This document shows positions 58,641-64,000 of a stretch of DNA of 64,000 nucleotides, piece by piece. Each line of letters begins with the position of its first letter. The first letter of the stretch is position 1. A program made the translations under genes and the position numbers. The stretch comes from Candidatus Hadarchaeota archaeon (GTDB lineage: Archaea; CAYQAE01; CAYVLA01), in NCBI GenBank assembly GCA_964621445.1, contig CAZUNO010000003.1, positions 128,001 through 192,000 on the forward strand, read 5' to 3'. The notes under the pieces were generated by a model. The model was not told where the DNA came from and made no database searches. It saw only the letters and a program-made list of their open reading frames with translations.

Positions 58641-58871
58641 ATGGGTATAAAGGTTGAAATTGATAAACGGGGCAGGCTACTCCTACCTGCGGAGATAAGA
58701 AACAGGATCGGCAGCAGGCGGTTCCTCCTGAAGGAGGTGGAGGGGAAGTTGGACCTGGAACCTTTACCTCGTCCAGAAGAGGTGAAAGGAAAACATAGGG
58801 GACTTTTGGAAAAGGATATTCAGGAATTAGAGGAGGACCAGGAGAAATTTGTGAACCGGGGATCTCGTTGA
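58641..58871 (+). CDS. AbrB/MazE-family antitoxin
   Basis: IDKRGRLLLPAEIR; ATGGG-AATAA-CCCAT inverted repeat just upstream. Confidence 0.85.
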   Translation: MGIKVEIDKRGRLLLPAEIRNRIGSRRFLLKEVEGKLDLEPLPRPEEVKGKHRGLLEKDIQELEEDQEKFVNRGSR

Positions 58872-59307
58872 TGGAAATACCTGAGCAATTATTGATAGAA
58901 GCAGATCTATTCATTTCCTATCTAGGGGGGATATGGTTGAGCAGAATTTTTCGAGAGTCGTTGAGAGCGCCGAAAACCGGGAAACGGAACTATTATCCTC
59001 ATCGGAAGTCTACGATGATGTTATATCCGCTCTCAGGAGCCAAGAAATAGGGCTAGAAAAGGTGATGTGTTTCGTCTCAGATATGAGGGCTATACCGCAC
59101 AGACCGATACCTGTTACCGCTGAAATTGCTAGAGTAGCACTTGATCTCTACGGAAGATATGGTGGATCTAGAAAGCTGCATTATTTCGATTCTTTTCACG
59201 TGGCAACGTCGAGGCAGACCTCTCTAAACTTGCTTACAAGTGATCGATACATTCAGGATCACTCCAATGATCTAGGCATCAAGACTGTGGATATTAGGAA
59301 AGTATGA
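58868..59307 (+). pseudogene. vapC: PIN-domain toxin frameshifted at G6 tract 58925-58930
   Basis: N-terminal LIEADLFISYL in one frame; SSEVYDD, LHYFDSFHVA and TSDRY in another. Confidence 0.8.
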
Positions 59308-59941
59308 CTTCCAAGCCGATTACTTTGTCCTTGTTTCTGAATCTGCCACCACAATTATTTAGGTTCCGTATTAGTGACCTGATTTCTTGGACTTTTTGAG
59401 AGATCGTCGTGGTCAATCAGGAATGGCGTCTGCAAGAGGTTTCCAGATATCCCGGGATCAAAATGCAATTAAGGCTCGGGAATGGGATATGTCAGGGCTG
59501 CTTTTTAAGTTTCCCTACCGTCAACCTGGGCATATCGCGCGCGAAATTCTATGCGAGCGCTAAACGGTAGAAACCGGTCACATAGAGGTTTATACGTCTA
59601 AAAATGCCTACACAACCCTTCTAGAAAAAAGCAAACTTTTCTGAAAACCTCGAAGACGGCTCGATAAGCCCAAAAAGACGGCATTTCTACCCTAAAACCG
59701 GGATAAGTTTCCCTTATCGCCCGGCTGAAGCAGCCCAATATCCATAGCATGGCCCTTTTTGACCAAATGAAGCCTGCAAACAAAAAATCGCGCTCAAAAA
59801 ACACCGCAACAACCACTAAACCCAAAAACAAGGCCAGAGAGGAGCGACTCCCGAGCCTTAATTCTAATATAAAGGGAAACTGACCATGCTTGAAAGAGAA
59901 CCTGACCAGAGATTGCTATGGTTCCTCTTAACGCGCGTTGG

Positions 59942-59977
59942 AAAAAATGAGATGCCCGTCCGGAAACCCAGACGGGC
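59942..59977 (-). terminator. GC-rich hairpin followed by a T-tract downstream of the surface-protein gene
   Basis: Minus strand GCCCGTC-TGGGTTTCCG-GACGGGC followed by ATCTCATTTTTT. Confidence 0.55.
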
Positions 59978-60006
59978 TAGTCGAATTTCTCGTTAATGCT
60001 GGGAAC

Positions 60007-63000
60007 TTACTCCTCCATTTCCTGCTGTTGGAAGTAGAGCCACAACCCGGCGGCGCCGACCACGATTACCAGTACTATCAGGCCTAGCAGCAGGAGCCAC
60101 GGGAATCCCTTCCCCTCGACTTCCAGTCCGTAGGACCAGCTATGGCTGATCCCGTCACCGGAAGCGGTGATGGTCAGCTCGTGGGTGCCCTCCGGCACGT
60201 CGTCTCCCAGCTCGATGGTCAGGTTGGAGCTGAACTCGGGAACTCCTGACTCCGGATCGAAAGTGGCAGTCGCCCCTTCGGGAAGACCATCTATGGAGAG
60301 GGTGACCTCTCCGCCGAATCCCTCGATTGGCCTCACATTGACGGTGATGGTGAGGGTCTCGCCCTGCTCGGCGGAACCGCCTTCGGTGGTGGAACCGGTC
60401 TCGGGGTCCACGGCGTCCATCTCGAAGTCCTGTTCCGGAGCGGCTGTAACCGTCAGTTCGTAGGTGGTGGTGTGGGTCTTGCCTCCGCCGGTCCCGGTTA
60501 TTGTTATCTCGTGGGTGCCCGCGGTGGTGTCCTCCCCGACATTAAGGGTCAGGGTGGAATCTAGATCCGGGGTCCCGGTGGACGGATCGAAGTCGGCACT
60601 GACGCCGCTGGGGAGTCCGGTGGTGGTTAGGGTTACTGTGTCGTCGAAGTCGTTCGTTGCGGTGAGGGTGATGGTGGTTGTGGTGGATTCTCCTTGCATG
60701 GCGGTGCCTGTGGTTGGGTCGATGGATATCTCGAAGTCTGGCTCGGGGGCCTCGGTTACCGTTAGCTGGTAGGTGGTGGTGTGGGTCTTGCCCCCGCCTG
60801 TACCCGTGAAGGTGATATCGTAGCTTCCTGCTGGCGTTCCCATGCTTGTGGTCAGTGTGGCAGAGGACGTGAAGTCCGGGCTGCCCGAACCTGGAGCAAA
60901 GGATACGTCAACCCCATTGGGCAGGCCGGTGGTGGTTAGGGTTACTGTGTCGTCGAAGTCGTTCGTTGCGGTGAGGGTGATGGTGGTTGTGGTGGATTCT
61001 CCTTGCATGGCGGTGCCTGTGGTTGGGTCGATGGATATCTCGAAGTCTGGCTCGGGGGCCTCGGTTACCGTTAGCTGGTAGGTGGTGGTGTGGGTCTTGC
61101 CTCCGCCGGTCCCGGTTACCGTTATCTCGTGGGTGCCCGCGGTGGTGTCCTCCCCGATATCAAGTGTCAGCGTGGAGCTGAAGGTCGGGGTCGAGGATGC
61201 GGGGTCAAAGCTCGCCGTAACTCCGGAGGGGAGTCCGGTGGTGGTTAGGGTTACTGTGTCGTCGAAGTCGTTCGTTGCGGTGAGGGTGATGGTGGTTGTG
61301 GTGGATTCTCCTTGCATGGCGGTGCCTGTGGTTGGGTCGATGGATATCTCGAAGTCTGGTTCCGGCGCCTCGTTCACCGTCAACTCTAGGGTGACGGAGT
61401 GGGTCTTTCCTCCTCCCGTTCCCGTGATCTCCACATCGAACTGCCCGGTCGCGGCGATGGCGCTGGCACTTACCTCCATGGTGGAGGTGAAGTCCGGGGA
61501 TGCGGAGGAGGGCGTGAAGGTCGCTGTAACTCCCACCGGCAGCCCGCTTGCCGTTAGGGACACATCCGGGCTGAACCCGTCGCTCGCCATAACCGAGACC
61601 ACTGCCGTCGAGGTCTCGCCCTGGATCATGGACATGCTGGTGGGGCTCACGCTAAGGGTGAAGTCCGGGGCAGCATTCACGGTCAGGTCAAAGGTAGTGC
61701 TGTGGGTCTTGCCTCCGCCGGTTCCGGTGATGGTCAGGGTGTAGGTACCCGGCTCGGTCTCCGCATCGGTCAGCAGGGTCAGACCCGAGCTGAAGCTCGG
61801 AATCGCGCTCGAGGGCACGAACTCTGCCGTAGCCCCCTCGGGCAGACCGGTTATCGAGAGATCCACGGTTTCTGAGAAGCCGTCGATGGCGGTAACGGTG
61901 ACCGTGGTCCTGGTCCAGGTGCCCTGCACGACCGAGCCCGCCTCTGGGCTGGCCATGATCTCGAAGTCGGGCATCGGGACCTCGGTTACCGTGAGCTGGA
62001 AGCCCACGCTGTGGGTCTTGCCTCCGCCGGTACCGGTTACCGTTATCTCGTAGGTGCCTGCAGGGGTGGACTCCGCGGTGCTAACGGCCATTCCGGCGCT
62101 GAAGCTCGGGGTTCCAGAGCTCGGGGTGAAGGCCGCGCTGGCCCCGCTGGGCAGGCCGGTGGCACTCAGGGTCACCGTGTCGTCGAAGCCGTTGATCTCC
62201 GATATGGAAACCACGATGCTCGTGGACTGGCCCTGGATCACCGAACGGGATGTTGGGTTAATTGAAATCTCGAAGTCCTTTGGCGGCGCGGCGGTAACCG
62301 TAAGCTGCAGGGTGCAGTTATGGGTTATTCCGCCTCCGGTGCCCGAAAGCGTCAGGTTATGGACGCCGGGGGCCACCGTGTCATCCACCGAGACCTCGAA
62401 TGTCGAGTTGAAGTCCGGGGTCCCCGAGGCCGGATCGAAGGACGTGCTCAGTCCGGCGGGCAGGTCGAGGGCGGCCAGATCCACCATGTCTGTGAACCCG
62501 TTCATGCCGATAACGGAGACCGTGGCCTGTGCGGATTCTCCCTGCATTGCGGATACAGCTTCGGGATCCACCGAGATATCGAAGTCTGGCTCGGGGGCCT
62601 CGGTTACCGTGAGCTGGTAGGTGGTAGTGCGGGTCCTGCCTCCGCCGGTTCCGGTGATGGTAATGGCGTACACACCCGGATCGGTCGTCGGCTGGGTGTA
62701 GATGGTCAGGTTGGAGTCGAAGCTGGGCACGCCGCTGGTTGGATCGAAGGACGCGCTGGCTCCAACTGGCAGATCCGATACCGAGAGGTCCACCGTGTCG
62801 CTGAACCCGAATCTGGGGGCCAGGGACACCGTGGTTGACACCGATTCTCCCTGTTGCACGGAATCGGAATCCGGATCGGCCGTTATGGTAAAGTCAGGAG
62901 CTGGCGGTGCAGCGCCGGATAGGGTTACCGTCCTGGTTTCCTCGAAGGTGTCGCCGTTGGCGGTCACCGTGAGCTTGATTACATAGGTACCGCCTGGCCA

Positions 63001-63528
63001 GCTTGAGGGTGAGTTCCATGCAATTCCGTAGGTGATCGAGGTTGGGCCGTAGCCATACCCGTAGCCGTAACCGTATCCGTAACCGTAGCCATAACCATAG
63101 CCCCAGGAGTAGGAATACGAATCCCAGTCGGCATAGCGATAGCCGTATCCATAGCTCCATCCCGCATCGGGGTTTGCATCGATGGTCACGCTTCCGCCAG
63201 AGGTCGAGTATGTTGTGGTCTGGGAGTCAAGGGGTAGGTTGGAACAGGTAAGCTGGTAGGTGGAGGGCTGGTCCTGCTTGTAGATCTCGAGGTCAATGCT
63301 CTGTATGGGCAGCAGCTCCCCGTCCTCGATCTCCACCTCGATATCGAAATTGATTATCTGGCCCAGGGTCTGGGGGGAGGGATTGGCGATGTCGATCTGG
63401 AGTCCGGAAAGCGGTGAGAGGTAGAGGAGTGAGATTATTATTATGGCGGTGATGGTCGAGCTTAGTACTATCTTACTTCTAGGCGAGTCATGCCGGCTAG
63501 GCCGGGAACGCTTATCATCTTGAATAAT
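60007..63528 (-). CDS. Large Thr/Ser-rich surface protein: signal peptide, (YG)n tract, nine ~103 aa Ig-like repeats and C-terminal TM; probable ATT start
   Basis: Repeats DF.IS..P...QG...GLP.G...TGTGGGKTH; frame stays open upstream of GTG 63336 and encodes the signal peptide; GGGAGGA precedes ATT 63528. Confidence 0.85.
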   Translation of the reverse strand: MIQDDKRSRPSRHDSPRSKIVLSSTITAIIIISLLYLSPLSGLQIDIANPSPQTLGQIINFDIEVEIEDGELLPIQSIDLEIYKQDQPSTYQLTCSNLPLDSQTTTYSTSGGSVTIDANPDAGWSYGYGYRYADWDSYSYSWGYGYGYGYGYGYGYGYGYGPTSITYGIAWNSPSSWPGGTYVIKLTVTANGDTFEETRTVTLSGAAPPAPDFTITADPDSDSVQQGESVSTTVSLAPRFGFSDTVDLSVSDLPVGASASFDPTSGVPSFDSNLTIYTQPTTDPGVYAITITGTGGGRTRTTTYQLTVTEAPEPDFDISVDPEAVSAMQGESAQATVSVIGMNGFTDMVDLAALDLPAGLSTSFDPASGTPDFNSTFEVSVDDTVAPGVHNLTLSGTGGGITHNCTLQLTVTAAPPKDFEISINPTSRSVIQGQSTSIVVSISEINGFDDTVTLSATGLPSGASAAFTPSSGTPSFSAGMAVSTAESTPAGTYEITVTGTGGGKTHSVGFQLTVTEVPMPDFEIMASPEAGSVVQGTWTRTTVTVTAIDGFSETVDLSITGLPEGATAEFVPSSAIPSFSSGLTLLTDAETEPGTYTLTITGTGGGKTHSTTFDLTVNAAPDFTLSVSPTSMSMIQGETSTAVVSVMASDGFSPDVSLTASGLPVGVTATFTPSSASPDFTSTMEVSASAIAATGQFDVEITGTGGGKTHSVTLELTVNEAPEPDFEISIDPTTGTAMQGESTTTTITLTATNDFDDTVTLTTTGLPSGVTASFDPASSTPTFSSTLTLDIGEDTTAGTHEITVTGTGGGKTHTTTYQLTVTEAPEPDFEISIDPTTGTAMQGESTTTTITLTATNDFDDTVTLTTTGLPNGVDVSFAPGSGSPDFTSSATLTTSMGTPAGSYDITFTGTGGGKTHTTTYQLTVTEAPEPDFEISIDPTTGTAMQGESTTTTITLTATNDFDDTVTLTTTGLPSGVSADFDPSTGTPDLDSTLTLNVGEDTTAGTHEITITGTGGGKTHTTTYELTVTAAPEQDFEMDAVDPETGSTTEGGSAEQGETLTITVNVRPIEGFGGEVTLSIDGLPEGATATFDPESGVPEFSSNLTIELGDDVPEGTHELTITASGDGISHSWSYGLEVEGKGFPWLLLLGLIVLVIVVGAAGLWLYFQQQEMEE
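60460..61370. repeat. Three near-identical 309 bp intragenic tandem repeats
   Basis: Identical block containing GGTTACTGTGTCGTCGAAGTCGTTCGTTGCGG at 60631, 60940 and 61249. Confidence 0.92.
63046..63153 (-). repeat. Tyr-Gly dipeptide repeat
   Basis: SYGYGY...WGYGYGYGYGYGYGYGYG, encoded with varied codons. Confidence 0.85.
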
Positions 63529-63718
63529 ACCAAATCCTCCCGTAATTACTAATATATTAAGAATTAACGAATTAGATTCTCTAGCTAATCCTTTATAACT
63601 TTTCCTGATCCCGTCCGCAAGAATTTTGGGAATTATGTAGATATCTACTTATTCTTGTGACAGTTTTTGGTAGAAGCTCATTTCTTCTTGGGAAATCCTC
63701 CTCAGGGGGTCAAAAACA

Positions 63719-64000
63719 CTATGAAATTCGGGCGAAAACGGTCAATCCCGGCGCGCCGAATTGCTTGATGACCACCGATCTAATTCCGTAATTCAGCAAC
63801 AGGAAAATTGCAATAAGGTAGAATAGCCAGAAGAGCAAGATGACGACTTTTTTTGAGGCATTGTTTTCGGCGACCGCGGAGATCTTATTAGCGCCGTATA
63901 AGATTCCCAGGGTGGTATAAATGCTGAAGGGAGTCATGTATAGGAACCGTGCATGCATAGGAAACTCAAAGAAGATCATCGAGGAGCAGAGCAGCAACCA
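63719..64000 (-). CDS. C-terminal part of a membrane protein (starts beyond the window)
   Basis: Hydrophobic helices; ORF runs to the window edge. Confidence 0.55.
   Translation of the reverse strand, partial: WLLLCSSMIFFEFPMHARFLYMTPFSIYTTLGILYGANKISAVAENNASKKVVILLFWLFYLIAIFLLLNYGIRSVVIKQFGAPGLTVFARIS

Noticed and set aside
59960-59973. 12 nt identity (GTCTGGGTTTCC) between the terminator hairpin and the second tRNA-Ala intron
   Set aside because: Too short to distinguish from chance in 64 kb; the flanks do not match
60460-61370. CRISPR array
   Set aside because: Repeats are 309 bp in-frame coding duplications without unique spacers; no cas genes seen
1-64000. Genome-wide TAG recoding (pyrrolysine code), suggested by in-frame TAGs at 27714 and 40634
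   Set aside because: Many conserved genes end at TAG at their expected C-termini (pyrH, PHP, AIR-synthase-like, mptG, mfnD, cofC, PUA, the giant protease), so TAG is a normal stop here
32497-64000. Integrated provirus or plasmid at tRNA-Val
   Set aside because: No integrase, viral genes or duplicated tRNA 3' end (att site) was seen within the window

Overview
Archaeal chromosomal window, shown by TATA/BRE promoters, the SmAP-rpl37e pair, BHB-intron tRNAs and archaeal cofactor genes. The left half (1-32.6 kb) is core genome: a fused large-type PurL (partial), pyrH, a PhoU regulator, RaSEA, then a ~17 kb supercluster of methanopterin/methanofuran/F420 biosynthesis genes (DUF98, mptE, DUF447, DHPS-like, mptG, RimK-like, mfnB/E/F/D, HisA-like, cofC). 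This cluster is interrupted at ~13-16.7 kb by an AT-rich, strand-skewed zone holding an AAA+/winged-helix gene, a candidate replication origin. Next come argD, PUA, SmAP, L37e, a two-intron tRNA-Ala(GGC), a candidate ~100 nt structured ncRNA with its own promoter, and an intron-containing tRNA-Val(GAC). The right half (32.6-64 kb) is an accessory cell-surface region. It holds three paralogous membrane-anchored GATase-like proteins, a Gtr-like glycosylation trio, a frameshifted beta-helix protein, a 3045 aa double-gingipain protein ending in VPEP, three VapBC pairs and a 9-repeat Ig-like surface protein. Several real genes appear to need near-cognate start codons (ACG, ATT, CTG), and one of them was missed by the ORF track. 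All family calls come from motif recognition by eye; no database search was run.
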